Positions 38,560-50,900 of a DNA stretch of 64,000 nucleotides are shown here, piece after piece. The notes beneath the pieces were generated by a model. That model made no database searches. It worked only from the letters and a program-made list of their open reading frames with translations, and was not told the origin of the DNA. The position numbers and the translations under genes were made by a program. Position 1 is the stretch's first letter. Each line of letters begins with the position of its first letter. This DNA comes from Entomortierella parvispora E1425 (Eukaryota; Fungi; Mortierellomycota), in assembly GCA_020891255.1 (NCBI GenBank), contig BQFW01000001.1:2418001-2482000 (forward strand), read 5' to 3'.

Positions 38560-40882
38560 ATGACAGCTGTCGACAGAGTCAACGCTCTGACATCTGAAGA
38601 GAGGGGCCAGGTCGATAGTCAGGAGGCCAGCCCCTCAACACCAGACTCCAAGAAGGAAGGAGCTGCGGCCATCCCTGGCTTTACAGATCAAAGCCGCGTA
38701 TTACCACGAAAAGAGCTGGCTGCAGTTTTTGCTGGGTGAGTGCATCTTCAGCAGCAGAGGAGGGCAGGAAGTCTTCTTCCAATGGTGCTTCTTCACATTC
38801 CTGGTAGTTGCTTGTGAAGCTAGCTGAGCGAAACCCCACTCAACTCAACACTCTTTTTTAGTCTTTGTATTGTTCTCTTCATGGCCAGTTTGGACCAGGT
38901 AACGCCATGTGGCGTTGTTTTTGTCTTCAACCGTCTTTGATCAAAGTCCGCTCATGATCCTTATTTTTTTTTTCTTTACCCGGAATTGCCCTTCTCTAGA
39001 CTATCGTTTCGGTGTTGACTCCAACCTTGGGCAAGACCTTCAATGCTCCACAGTACATTGCATGGGTTGGAACAAGTTACTTGCTCACATCAACATCCAT
39101 GCAGCCTTTATATGGAAAACTGAGTGATATCTTTGGAAGGTGCGTCGGGCACCTCGCTTTCTGTTTTGCACTGGAACACTGAAGATTGGGAAACTAATCA
39201 GCCGAGCGCGTGTCATTCTTGTGGATCTTTTAGGAAAAATATGATTCTTTTTGCCATATTTTTCTTCCTTGTTGGCTCTCTCGTGTGTGGCGCTGCCCCT
39301 TCCATCATCGTGTTGGCTATTGGTCGCGGAATTGCGGGTATTGGAGCCGGAGGCTTGATCGGATTGACCATGATTATCGTCTCGGATGTTGTGTCTCCAC
39401 GTGAGCGAGGGTACGAGTCCATTGCAGGCGAGAAAATGAGGCAATTGCTTGATAACATGATTTTTCCTTTGTGGCTCACCCAACTGTTTTTTTCTTCTCT
39501 TGGAATAGAAAATACCAGGGCATCATTGGCGCCATGTTTGGTCTGTCAGCAATCATTGGACCATTGTTGGGAGGTTTCCTTGCCGAGCACTCTACCTGGC
39601 GCTGGGCTTTTTACTTGAACTTGCCCTTGGGTGCTGTCAGTACCGTCGCCATGTTTTTCATTCTCAAGTTGCCTACGGTGAAGGGCAGCTATCGCCAGAA
39701 ACTCGGACGAGTGGATTTTCTGGGCTCGATTACGTTTGTGATTGGCATCATTTGCGTCCTGTTGTCGACCAACTGGGGTGGCAACGAGTACAGTTGGAGC
39801 AGCACTCAGATCATTGTGCCTTATTGTGTTGGAGCCGTGTTCATTGCCATTTTCTTGTTCATCGAGGCCAAAATCGCTGTCGAACCCATCTTGCCTTTCA
39901 GATTGTTCCGTAACCGATCTGTCTGCTCAACCTACGCCACTTCCTTTTTTATTGGAGGGTATGTTTACTCAGTGGTCTTTGCATTTCAAGAGCTGATGCA
40001 ACTGGAGTAACTCAAACATGGAAAACACGAACTTTTTTTTTTCTTTCTGTAGCGCCTTTCTCGGAGTCATTTTCTACTGTCCTCTCTACTTCCAGCTTGT
40101 CAAGCATTACTCGGCTACCCGATCTGGTCTTCAGCTCTTGCCTCTTGTCGGCGGTATGATGTTTGGAGGAATTGGCTCTGGCGTTCTTATCACCAAGACA
40201 GGACGCTATAGACCTTTCATTTGGACTGCCCTGGCCATCTACGTCGTCGGTGTGGCACTCTTGTCGCTCTGGGAACTGGATTCAAAGATGAATGTCCAGA
40301 TTGGATACCTGTTTGTTGTTGGCTTGGGTCTCGGAGGATGCATGCAGAGTGTGGTGTAAGTGCGCGAGATCCAGAGAAAGAAAAGTACATGTCGATCATT
40401 ACAAATGATGACTCGACCAACCCTACTAACAGCGGCTATTTCCTTGTCCTAACCATAGTCTTGCTGGGCAGAGTTCAGTTGGATTTGAGGATGTTGCTAC
40501 AGTGACGGCGACTCTTGCATTCTTCCGTTCGATGGGTGGAGTGGTTGGCGTTGCCATTGGCGGATCCTTGATCAACAACACGTTAACGAAACAAGGCGTG
40601 GACGCCAACAACTACAGGGATGTGTCTATGCATCCCGACAAGTACGCAATGGCTACTCAGGCAGTGTTCCGGATGTGTGTTGCCTGGCCTGCTCTCGCCC
40701 TGATTTCGTCCTTGTTCATTGAGCACTACGAGTTGCGCAAGAATGTCGGCGGCCGAGGTGCGGACACCAAAGTCAGTGAGAAGATCGAGGAGGTTTCTGG
40801 GATCCAGAGCGACGACGTGGGTCAGAAAATTGAAGTTCTGGTGGATGAAGAAAGGGAGAACCACGAAGAGCGCGAACAATAA
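38560..40882 (+). CDS. MFS drug:H+ antiporter, DHA2 (14-TMS) family, multi-exon
   Basis: FMASLDQTIVS, GKLSDIFGRK, RGIAGIGAGG, SPRERGKYQG, GPLLGG...WRWAFYLNLPLG and FFRSMGGVVG motifs. Confidence 0.93.
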
Positions 40883-41791
40883 TATCTTCGTGTCCAGAAG
40901 GACCTGTGGCTTGGATCCATGAATTTTTCCATCCTCATTGCCTTCTTTACATCAATGAACCTCAGCATGGCATCCCATTGCAAACCCATGCTCCCATGCC
41001 AACAAACAGGCGCGACCATCATTAGATTCTCTAAAGCAGCATTCTCTGAGGCTCTTGGTACGATGACTTGCATCGACATTTGCCATAGCAGCCAATCTCG
41101 TCTAGGGTGTTGTCATCTTCTGCCTGACCTACTCCTTTGACTGGATCTGATCCAGACCACACATCCATCCTTCAGAGCCTCTCCTTTGTATAGTCCGTCA
41201 TACCGCGGTCAGAAATATGAGGATGGCAACATTTCCTGGTGTTTCTTCTGCTCTCGTTTTCCAGCGCGACACTCAGGATGGTCACCGTTTCTGGGATCAC
41301 TTCGTCCCTATTGAAAGGAAAGCGGGGATCGTTATAACAGAGAGGGTTTTTTTAGCGCGATTGTAACGCGGCAAGGACGCCATACTTTACTGTACCCTTT
41401 GGGTCTCTTGATTTATCGGAGTTGCTGGTTGCATACCCTCAGGTGTACAACTGTGGTTGACCTGGAATTATTGTATAGCCAGTGGCGCTGCAGCTCCAAG
41501 GACGGCTCGAGACATCATCAGAAAGTTACATGAAGGTTTTGGACTTTGTAAACGAGTCATGAAAAGAGGTGGAGTAGAAGAGCTGGGGAAGGAACGTCCG
41601 GATCTAAAGGGACAGGACGACGGGCGGGGTCGGAAGAGTTGTGTGAAGCGACCATTGGGGTGCAGCTTGTTCCTCTGCTGACTCGAGTCAGGGTCCTCCA
41701 GTTTTGCAACAGAAACACCTAGCGCTTGAAGCAGGCACCATCAATGGGACGTGTGGCCAGAAGGCAAAGAGGGATAGTTTGTTGCTTTGGA

Positions 41792-42641
41792 TTATGAACA
41801 AGTCGACACGGCGGAAAGGTGGTCAGGAGATGGTGGCTGGGAGACATCTTGATTCAACCCACTGATCGCCGCTTCAATTCTTTCGCAGACCCTGCAAGAA
41901 GAGGCAAAAGCAATAAACACTGGCCAAATGAGGTTGCATGACTTCTGGTACTTGTGACCAAGGATTTGAACAGCGACATAACTGACCCCAGTGTTGTCCG
42001 GACGGGAGCGTGCCCAAACCAGGCTCAGAAGGGCCTCAGAGCTTGAGGTATCTTGAGTTCTGCGGTAAAACTTATTATAAAATTCAGTTTCGTTATTTGT
42101 TGCTAGATATTGTGTGGTTGTTGTTGTTATCACTGTTGAAGCTTTCGTTGTTGTTCCGGCTGCCTTGCCTATTCACCAGCTAGGAGGAGGGAACCCCCCC
42201 CCCCCAAGTGGGTCACATATGAGGGTGTGTGTGTGTGTATGTGCCAAACGGGTCAAAATATAACCAGATGGACCGTGACCGTGGTCAAGATTAGCAATGA
42301 CGAAGAGAAAGACTGATGGGTGCGCGCTGAGATGGCTCTGTCGACGGGTACTGTAGATGGTAAAGGAAGTCGGTATGGTGGGGATGCAGAGTTTCGTCAA
42401 TGGAGCATAGGTCGGAGGGTTAACAGAAGAGACGGCGATCGAAGCGGAGAAATCTTGGCCGAAGATTGGACGGGTAGATGGTGAAGGAAGACGGTATGGT
42501 GGGGATGCAGAGTTCCGTCAATGGAGCATAGGTCAGAGGTTTAACAGGAGAGACGGTGATCGAAGCGGAGAAATCTTGGCCGAAGATCGGACGGGTCCAG
42601 AGGGCGACTCCAGTCAGCAGGAGCGCGTGCAAAATTCGCAT
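41792..42641 (-). pseudogene. Putative secreted Ser/Thr/Pro-rich protein gene disrupted by an internal 121-bp tandem duplication
   Basis: Signal-like MRILHALLLTGVALWTRPIFG. The second copy shifts the frame to a stop at 42420. A possible phase-1 intron would join the single-copy frame to the Thr-rich ORF 41792-42133. Confidence 0.45.
42355..42596. repeat. 121-bp tandem duplication, 2 copies, 8 substitutions
   Basis: Copies at 42476-42596 and 42355-42475, aligned by eye. Confidence 0.95.
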
Positions 42642-42956
42642 TTTTGGATTCGTGACAGCCTCCTTGCCCAGACACCCTTTTGCTATCCCCTCTTCACCCT
42701 CTTCAGTCGAGTATGACCTCCTGCCTGAACGGCATTGAATCTATTATTTTCTTGTTTCCATCTGCAACGTCAGGGCCGGCGATATACAGTACACAGGCCA
42801 CAGGCTTCCAATTGAAGCGAGCATTTGGGATGGCTCACGCGTCACTGACGCCCTCCTTAGTTTGATGTCAGCCCTGCCAAACATCAAGTCATAGAGTCTC
42901 TACAGTTAATCCAACCACACTCTCTCTATGCTAGCATCGTCAAGTCCATCGCGCCA

Positions 42957-43151
42957 TCATACCCCCTTTACAGCCAGACATCTGGCGGAGGGTGAGTTGA
43001 TTCCTTCGGTTCGGCTATTTTCAACAACAGCGATAGAAAAATTGCCTAGTCCCATGGTGCTCATCGCAAAGTTCACGACCGCGTTCACCTTGCTCAATGA
43101 AAACAACAACAATAGAAGCAGAATGGATCCCCTTGAAAAAAATTGAGCCAT
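42957..43151 (-). CDS. Possible small secreted protein (64 aa as a single exon; may splice onward)
   Basis: MAQFFSRGSILLLLLLFSLSKVNA is signal-like. A GTATGA donor overlaps the stop codon. Confidence 0.3.
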   Translation of the reverse strand: MAQFFSRGSILLLLLLFSLSKVNAVVNFAMSTMGLGNFSIAVVENSRTEGINSPSARCLAVKGV

Positions 43152-44531
43152 TTTTCTTTTCTTTAAGTTCTGCGATGATCTGTATGGTCGATTGCCCGCA
43201 TCATTGTGCACTGAATGCATTTTCTTGCCATTTGCACATGACACTTTATCAGGCGGGCTTCATATTCCATTCGCTCATGAGAGGCTGCTTCTTTTGTTCC
43301 ACCATAGCATAGCACTGTTACCTAAACGACCGGAGGGGGCTTTTCGCTTGATCATTCAGCCCTCGAGAGTTCAGCTACGAGGGCCAAGGCTTCTATAGTA
43401 GGCGTGACGAATGAGGGAGGGGGGATCTTCGATCACAGTCCCTTTTTTTTTATACCTGACCAATGCCACCTGGCGCCCAACCAGAAATTGGCTTTTAGAA
43501 TGGCCAAATTGGCCTTGACGGGAGCCGGGTCATGGGAGGCACACTGCCTGCAGCGGGATGAGAACAAAGCGGTAGGATTGGCCGGAACGGCTGCGCCGGC
43601 TGTGGATATATCCGAGTTTTCACAGCATGCATGAAAGTTTGGTTGCTCCTTGTAGTCTATTTTGCCCTTTGACTGCGAGTGTTTTTGTGCTACCATGGGC
43701 GAAAAAAATCAATTCAATCCCTTTGGACCTTTACCGCAGGTGTGGCCTGTGGGTCTCATGAACCTTTTCGAGCGTTGGGATTGTGAGCCGGGGGGAGAAC
43801 AAACATCCGGCAACATAATCAGGGATCATCGCTTTAGATCATTGGTCTAGTGATTTTAGTCCTAATCCTCTTCAGGGTGTGGGAAAAAGGAGTCCAAGCA
43901 TGCATGCAGAGGGAAGGGAAGCGAAAAAAGGATCAGCCGAACGAAAAAAACAAAAAAAAGTACCTGCGTTTGGATTGAACGGACGACCATCGTCATGGAC
44001 ACCTCCCAAGTCCATTGTTGCCTTGGGTGCCCACGCTTTTACTACCCCACATCACCAGTCAACGTCGATAACCACAGGCCCACTCGAGGTCATTGGTTGC
44101 CTAATCCCTCTCCACTTCCCCACATCACTGCTGGCTGTTCTTTCTTCCCGTCGCAACCACACCTCAACTTTGTATATAAACCCTGCCCTCCTCCTCCTCT
44201 TGTGGATCTTCATCTCTCCAAATTCAACTCTTCAACACCTTCCCTACCACAACTCCTCCCCTTTGCGCCCTATCTCCCTCCCTCAGCGACTAGTCCGTCT
44301 CTGCTGTCTCTGCCCACCAAACTCTGTCCAACAAGTCTCTCAAGAACCGTTCACACCTCCCTCTATCCAAAGCCTTCTTCAGAACTCTTTGTAAGGACAA
44401 CTACATAGGAAGTGTAGGCATGTATTTCTATGGAACTTCGCCCTTACTAAATCGATTGACCTTGTTCATAGTAGTTCTATCCGATCTCATTACCCCAAAC
44501 CCAACAAGTCTTCAAGAAAACAAGAAAAAAA

Positions 44532-46397
44532 ATGTGCGGAATCACCGGTTGGTTGTCCTATGATCAAAACCTCGAGCATCAGCGTGAGGTTCTCCAGAAA
44601 ATGACTGAAACCATGGCGTTGCGTGGACCAGACGCTCATGGTCTTTGGATCGACGGACCCGCCGCTGTGGGTCATTGCCGTCTCTCAGTCATCGATCTGG
44701 AAGGTGGTCGTCAGCCCATGGTGGAAAAGCTCGATAGCCAGAAAGACGTGGCCGTCATCACCTACTCTGGCGAGGTCTACAACTTCAAGGAGTTGCGTGA
44801 AGAACTCAAGGCCGAGGGCTACCACTTCAACACCTCCAGTGATACCGAGGTTGTGTTGAAGGCCTATGTTGCATGGGGCGAAGACTTTGTCTACAAGCTC
44901 AACGGAATGTTCGCCTTTGCCATCTGGGATGTCCGTACTCAGGAGATGATTCTGATCCGCGACCGATTGGGCATCAAGCCTCTTTACTACTACCGAACCC
45001 ATGATGGCGTTATCTTTGGCTCCGAGCCCAAGGCGATCTTGGCCAACCCATTGGTTCCCCGCCGCGTCACAGCCCAGGGTCTGCGCGGCATCCTCCAAAT
45101 GGTTAGAGTGCCAGGCTACGCGGTCTTTGCCGGCATGCGCGAGGTGATGCCTGGTGAGATCGTGAGAATCAACCGCCAGGGTATTGTCAACCGCCACTAC
45201 TGGCGCTTGGAAGCACGCAAGCACGAGGACAACCTCGAGGATACTATCAAGAACACCCGCGCTCTCTTGGACGATATTTTGGCACGCCAGATCATTGCCG
45301 ATGTCCCTCTCTGCAGTTTGCTGTCGGGCGGTCTCGACTCTTCCATCATCACCTCGCTCGCCTCGAAGAAGCTCCTCGAAAGTGGCAAGGGCAACATCAA
45401 CTCGTTCTCGGTTGATTTCATCGACCACGGAGCCGAGTTCGTGAGCGATGACATCCGCGGCACCAGGGATGCACCATTTGTCAAGGATCTGGCTGAGCAC
45501 GTCCACACAAACCACAGAGATGTTGTGTTGGACAGCCGTGAATTGGCCGGTCCAGTTCTGCGCACCAAGGTCATCCACGCTATGGATATGGCTATTGTCA
45601 ATGGAGACATGTATCCTTCCTTGTACTGCCTGTTCGAGGAAGTGAAGCGTCACTCCACCGTGGCCCTCTCTGGAGAGGGCGCGGATGAGATCTTTGGTGG
45701 ATACAAATGGTTCCATGATGAAGATGCGGTGTCTGGAAAGGGTTACCCTTGGATGAACCTCTCCAGTCGCAAGTTTTTTGAAGGCAAGAGCCTGCTCAAG
45801 CGCGATTTGCTCGAAAAGCTGGACCTCGAGAACTTCATCAAGAAAGACTACGAGCGGGCTCTGTCAGAGGTGCCTATCCTTCCCGGCGAAAGTGTTGAGA
45901 ACCACCGCATGAGACAGATCGTCTATCTCCACGTCACCCGCTTCTTGTGCATCCTTCTGGACCGCAAGGACCGCATGAGTATGGCCGTGGGACTTGAGGT
46001 GCGTGTGCCTTTCCTTGATCATCGTCTGGTCGAGTACGTCTACAACATCCCCTGGGACATGAAGACTTTTGACGGCAGAGAGAAGAGTATCTTGCGCGCT
46101 GCTGGTCGTGATTTGCTGCCCAACTCCATCGTGGAGCGAGTCAAGTGCCCTTACCCATCAACACAAGATCCAGCTTACGAAATCGAGTTGCGCGCTGCCT
46201 TGGCCAAGATCATGGAGGATGAGAAGGCACCCGTCAGACCTCTCCTTGATGACAAGGCTGTCAAGGAGACTCTGGCGAGAGAGGTGGGTGTCTCTTCTCT
46301 CCCCTATGACCGTATTGCCATGGACTTGGTCGTTTACTTGAACTCTTGGTTGGTCGACTACAATGTCACTCTGGATCTCGATGAGAGAGAGAACTAA
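44532..46397 (+). CDS. asnB: Bacterial-type asparagine synthase (glutamine-hydrolysing) family amidotransferase, AsnO/PhzH/OxyD-like, intronless, 621 aa
   Basis: N-terminal Cys (MCGITGW), RGPD, GHCRLSVIDLEGGRQPM, RDRLGIKPLYY, SGGLDS, SGEGADEIFGGY and LDRKDRMSMAVGLEVRVPFLDHRLVE. Confidence 0.92.
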   Translation: MCGITGWLSYDQNLEHQREVLQKMTETMALRGPDAHGLWIDGPAAVGHCRLSVIDLEGGRQPMVEKLDSQKDVAVITYSGEVYNFKELREELKAEGYHFNTSSDTEVVLKAYVAWGEDFVYKLNGMFAFAIWDVRTQEMILIRDRLGIKPLYYYRTHDGVIFGSEPKAILANPLVPRRVTAQGLRGILQMVRVPGYAVFAGMREVMPGEIVRINRQGIVNRHYWRLEARKHEDNLEDTIKNTRALLDDILARQIIADVPLCSLLSGGLDSSIITSLASKKLLESGKGNINSFSVDFIDHGAEFVSDDIRGTRDAPFVKDLAEHVHTNHRDVVLDSRELAGPVLRTKVIHAMDMAIVNGDMYPSLYCLFEEVKRHSTVALSGEGADEIFGGYKWFHDEDAVSGKGYPWMNLSSRKFFEGKSLLKRDLLEKLDLENFIKKDYERALSEVPILPGESVENHRMRQIVYLHVTRFLCILLDRKDRMSMAVGLEVRVPFLDHRLVEYVYNIPWDMKTFDGREKSILRAAGRDLLPNSIVERVKCPYPSTQDPAYEIELRAALAKIMEDEKAPVRPLLDDKAVKETLAREVGVSSLPYDRIAMDLVVYLNSWLVDYNVTLDLDEREN

Positions 46398-47447
46398 GTC
46401 GGTTAGGGCATTCAATCAACTGCAGAAAAATATTAGAACGAATAAAGAGAACTTTTTTTTGTTGTGCTTCGTGTGGACCCGTGTCGAGCCGAAATCTTTT
46501 CCTGTTGAAATGACTTTTGCCTGGGCACAGTTTTTTTTATTGAGGTAGACTAGCATTCGAATGGGGATATTAGAGTTGACTCGTGCTTGTTCTTTCATCG
46601 CCACTAAGGTCGCTCGTGTATTTATTGACGGGTGATTCTTGTGCACCAACATGTCTGATTTCTCGAGACTGCCCCAACAGTTTCCAGCCATGTCCGCATC
46701 CGACTTTGTGCTGCGTTCGACAGTGTTCCTTTGCTTTCAAGAAGCTTGACAACATCTTATCGCGCCAACATCTTCTTGACGATTATAAGCAGCTGTTTGT
46801 GAACTCTGGCGCACAGACTCGACGCGCTCCGCAAAACTTTGTTCGAACCTTTCCCGCGTTTATTTTTTTTTTTTTTTTTTTTTTTTGATGAATCGCTTCT
46901 TCTTAGGTGGCAAGTGAACGAGTTAGATCGTGGGTGGAATTTGAACGCTACTGGTTGAGTGGAGGGAAGCGAAAGCAGTCAGAGGAGTTGGTGAGGATGG
47001 AGAACCGACACAGATATTTGACAAATAGAATAGAGCTAGCTGTGTGAATCAAGCACACTGTCGGCCAGAACAATTATTGCGAGTGGAAATAACGGATTGA
47101 GAAATATACATCACGTGCGCTAAACAGTACGGTGACGTAAACGATGCATGGATATAACGGCTTGATCTGTCTGTTGTGTGCCGTGCCCCCCAGTGGCGAG
47201 ACACACACACTGTGCGCCGCGCATACTCTGGAAGGGACGCCTCCATCGTCGACCTTCTTCTCTCTCTTTACGCACTGCATCCGAGGACACATCCCCATCC
47301 TCTTGCTCTTCATTCTCCCCCTCTCTCTTTCATTCATCAACCTCCCCTCACGCCCCACCTCCACCCCGTTCCCCTTCCCCTACATCTCATCTCTCAGGCA
47401 AATCACCAGTAAAAAGATCTCGATTGGATTCTCTTTTTGTAAGCAGA

Positions 47448-47492
47448 TCAGCAATCGGCAATCAGCAATCAGCAATCAGCAATCAGCAATCA
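47448..47492. repeat. Microsatellite (TCAGCAA)6 in the Brr2 5' region
   Basis: Directly visible; one unit is TCGGCAA. Confidence 0.9.
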
Positions 47493-47958
47493 CTCCTCTT
47501 TACCTTGACTCGCATCACTTTCTTCATCGACCAAGTATCTAACACAAACCTATCCTTGACCTTGCCCTCACATCCACTCCAGCCCTGTGATTGTCACGAC
47601 TGCAGCAACAAGACACCTGTGCCATTTGCTCTACCGGATCGCGTCGACAGCTGTCAATTACCAGTCTAGCGGTAAGCAGGAGAATGCAGACGAAACTGTA
47701 GTTGCTTCTCATGTCGTCACATTTCAAGTACCTCTGTCTAACGCTACCTCCTTAACCCTGCCCTTGTAGGTATCCCTAAATCGGATCAGTTCAGCGGCCG
47801 TTACTCTTCAAGTTCTTTTTTGGGTCCAACGTTCAACTGTTTCCCCTTGTAACAACAGTAAGACCCTCTACAGGAACAGACCCAAAGGGACCAGCGCTGG
47901 TGCTTCGCATATTCTAACATTTTTTTGTCCTTGCCTTCGTAGTCCATATATCATCACC

Positions 47959-50900
47959 ATGGCTGACAAAGTGGCAAAGGACCAGCAGTACCAATATGCT
48001 CTGAACTCCAACTTGGTTCTTCAGTCGAGCCGTTCTGATAATCCTCGCCGAGGAAATGAACCCACTGGAGAGGCCGAGTCTTTGTATGGTCGTATTGATC
48101 CCAAAGATTTCGGTAGCCGCGCTATGAGAGATACCTCAAAAGTGGATGAGGCGAAGAAGAAAAAGACCGAGACAAGCGAAAAGGATATTGAGAGGCGCAG
48201 GAAAAGAAACGAGGAAAAAACCTTGAGAAACGCCTACGGATTTTCGTCTGTTCTTGCCGCAACAGAGGATCTCGAAAGCGGTGGATACAGACCCAGGACA
48301 AAGGAAACCAGGCATACCTACGAGCTCATCTTGACCTTTGTCCAGCAGTACCTCGGAGATGTTTCACACGAGATTGTGCGCAGTGCTGGAGACACCGTTT
48401 TGCAAACCCTTCACAACCCCAATCTCAAGGACTTTGACAAAAAGAAGGAGATCGAGGATATCCTTGGACCCATCAAATCCGACAAGTTCTCAGATCTGGT
48501 GGCTCTTGGCAAGAAGATTACAGATTATGCTACCGGCACCGAGGAAATGAGTGTCGATCAGGATGGCGAGCTGAAGAATGTCGGAGACATTGACGAACAA
48601 TATGGTGTCGCAGTCGTTTTCGACGAGGAAGAGGAGGAAGAGGATATCTACTCACTTCACTCGGATTCCGAACACGAGGACGATGAGGGTGGACTGGAGA
48701 CAACTCAGGATGTCGTTGTTGGCGCCGGAAAGTCTGCTGAGGGTGAAGAAGAGTCAATGGAGGTTGATGAGGACGAGGCTGTCCGCGTTGGATCTACCAG
48801 CACCAAGGTTGACATGTCCAAGAAGTTGCAACCACATCAGGTCGATGCCTATTGGCTTCAGCGTTTCATTGCCACCTTCTACCAGGATGAGATTGTCGCA
48901 CAGGAAAAGTCGGATGCCGCCATGGCAATCATTTCATCAGAGGCAAACACTCGCGACTGCGAAAACGAGTTGGTGTCTCTTTTCGACTTTGACAAGTTTG
49001 ACTTGATCAGCATGTTGACCAAGAACAGAGAAGTCATTGTCTGGTGCACAAAGCTCGGAAAGGCCAATGATCAGGAGCGTACTGAGATTGAGAGCAGGAT
49101 GAAGGATCTCGGTTTAGACTGGATCATTAAGGGACTTGGCCATCAAACCGGTGCCAAGTCAGATCTTCGCCGTCGTGGTGCAGGTCAAGCGCCTATTGCT
49201 GCAGGACCCATGGCTGTCCTTCCAAAGGAAAAGGGACCAGCCCCAGCGACATCGGCTCCTCGTCAACTCGTCGACCTTGAAGCCATGTCTTTTGCCCAAG
49301 GATCTCACTTGATGTCCAACAAGCAAGTTCATATTCCTGGAGCCTTCCGTCGTCAAAAGAAGGGATACGAGGAAGTCCATGTCCCTCAGCCCAAGAAGCC
49401 CTCTGAGGACCGCAAGAGGATCCCACAGGCAGATCTTCCTCAGTGGATCCAGCAGGCTTTCCCTCACGGACTGAACCAAATTCAGAGTGTTGTCTACGAC
49501 GTTGCCTATGGATCGGACGAAAATATGCTCCTGTGTGCCCCCACTGGTGCTGGTAAAACCAACTGTGCCATGTTGACCGTCCTCCACGAGATTGAGAAGT
49601 ACCGTGACCCAAGAACCGGAGTGATCGACAAGGAATCGTTCAAGATCGTCTATATTGCGCCCATGAAGGCCTTGGTTCAGGAAATGGTTAAAAACTTTGG
49701 CGACAGGCTTGAGCCCTTTGGCCTCTCAGTTCAGGAATTGACAGGAGATCGACAGATGAACAAGCAGCAGATCGCCGAAACGAACATGATTGTCACAACT
49801 CCCGAAAAGTGGGATATTATCACTCGCAAGGCTACGGACAGGAGTTACACCAACCTTGTGCGTCTCATCATCATTGATGAAATTCACTTGCTGCACGATG
49901 ACCGTGGTCCCGTCTTGGAGTCGATTGTGGCGCGTACTCTTCGCGGCATGGAGCAAAGTCAGGAGTTGATCCGTCTTGTTGGACTTTCTGCCACCTTGCC
50001 AAATTACATCGACGTCGCCACCTTCTTGCGTGTAGATACCAACCGTGGTATGTTCCACTTTGATGGCTCTTGGAGACCTTGCCCCCTTAAGCAGGAGTTC
50101 ATCGGTATCACAGAGAAGAAGGCCATCAAGCGTTTCCAGGTCATGAATGAAGTCACATACGAGAAGGTGATGGAGCACGTCGTCCAACCTGAGGGCGACC
50201 AAGTTTTGATCTTTGTCCACTCGCGAAAGGAGACTGCCAAGACTGCCCAGGCTTTGCGTGATATGGCATTGGAGAAGGACACCATCACACATTTTGCTCG
50301 ACCTGATGGCGGCGCCCGTGAGATTTTGCTGGCTGAAGCCGAGCTTTCCAAGGATGCTGCCCTCAAGGATCTTCTGCCTTATGGTTTCGCTACCCATCAT
50401 GCTGGTATGACACGTGATGATCGTCAAGTTGTGGAGGAATTGTTTCTCGCAGGACATATCAAGGTCCTCTGCTCGACTGCTACCTTGGCCTGGGGTGTCA
50501 ATTTGCCTGCCCACACTGTCATTATCAAGGGAACCCAGGTTTACTCCCCTGAGAAGGGTCGATGGGCCGAGTTGTCTCCTCAAGACGTTCTCCAGATGTT
50601 GGGTCGTGCTGGTCGACCCCAGTTCGACGAATTCGGAGAAGGTATCATCATCACGACTCACTCCGAACTTCAGTACTATCTGTCGCTCCTCAACCAACAG
50701 CTTCCTATCGAGTCGCAATTTGTATCAAAACTTGCCGACAACCTCAATGCTGAAATTGTTCTCGGAACAATCAAGAACCGTGACGAGGCTGTTCAGTGGC
50801 TCGGATACACTTACCTCTATGTCCGTATGCTCCGCAATCCAATTCTTTACAGCATCTCGCACGACGACATGGAAGACGACCCATATTTGCAAAAGAAGCG

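Noticed and set aside
44532-46397. Bacterial contaminant contig explaining asnB
   Set aside because: No RBS or operon context, pyrimidine-rich fungal-type 5' flank, and codon usage resembling host genes. Read-level confirmation is still advisable.
46583-46888. Cys-rich defensin-like ORF
   Set aside because: No ATG or signal peptide, an in-frame stop lies just upstream, and the frame ends in poly-T.
47749-47769. U12-type intron suggested by a perfect TCCTTAAC 14 nt before AG
   Set aside because: No RTATCCTT donor upstream. A strong U2 donor (GTAAGC, 47672) and a CTAAC branch site explain the intron.
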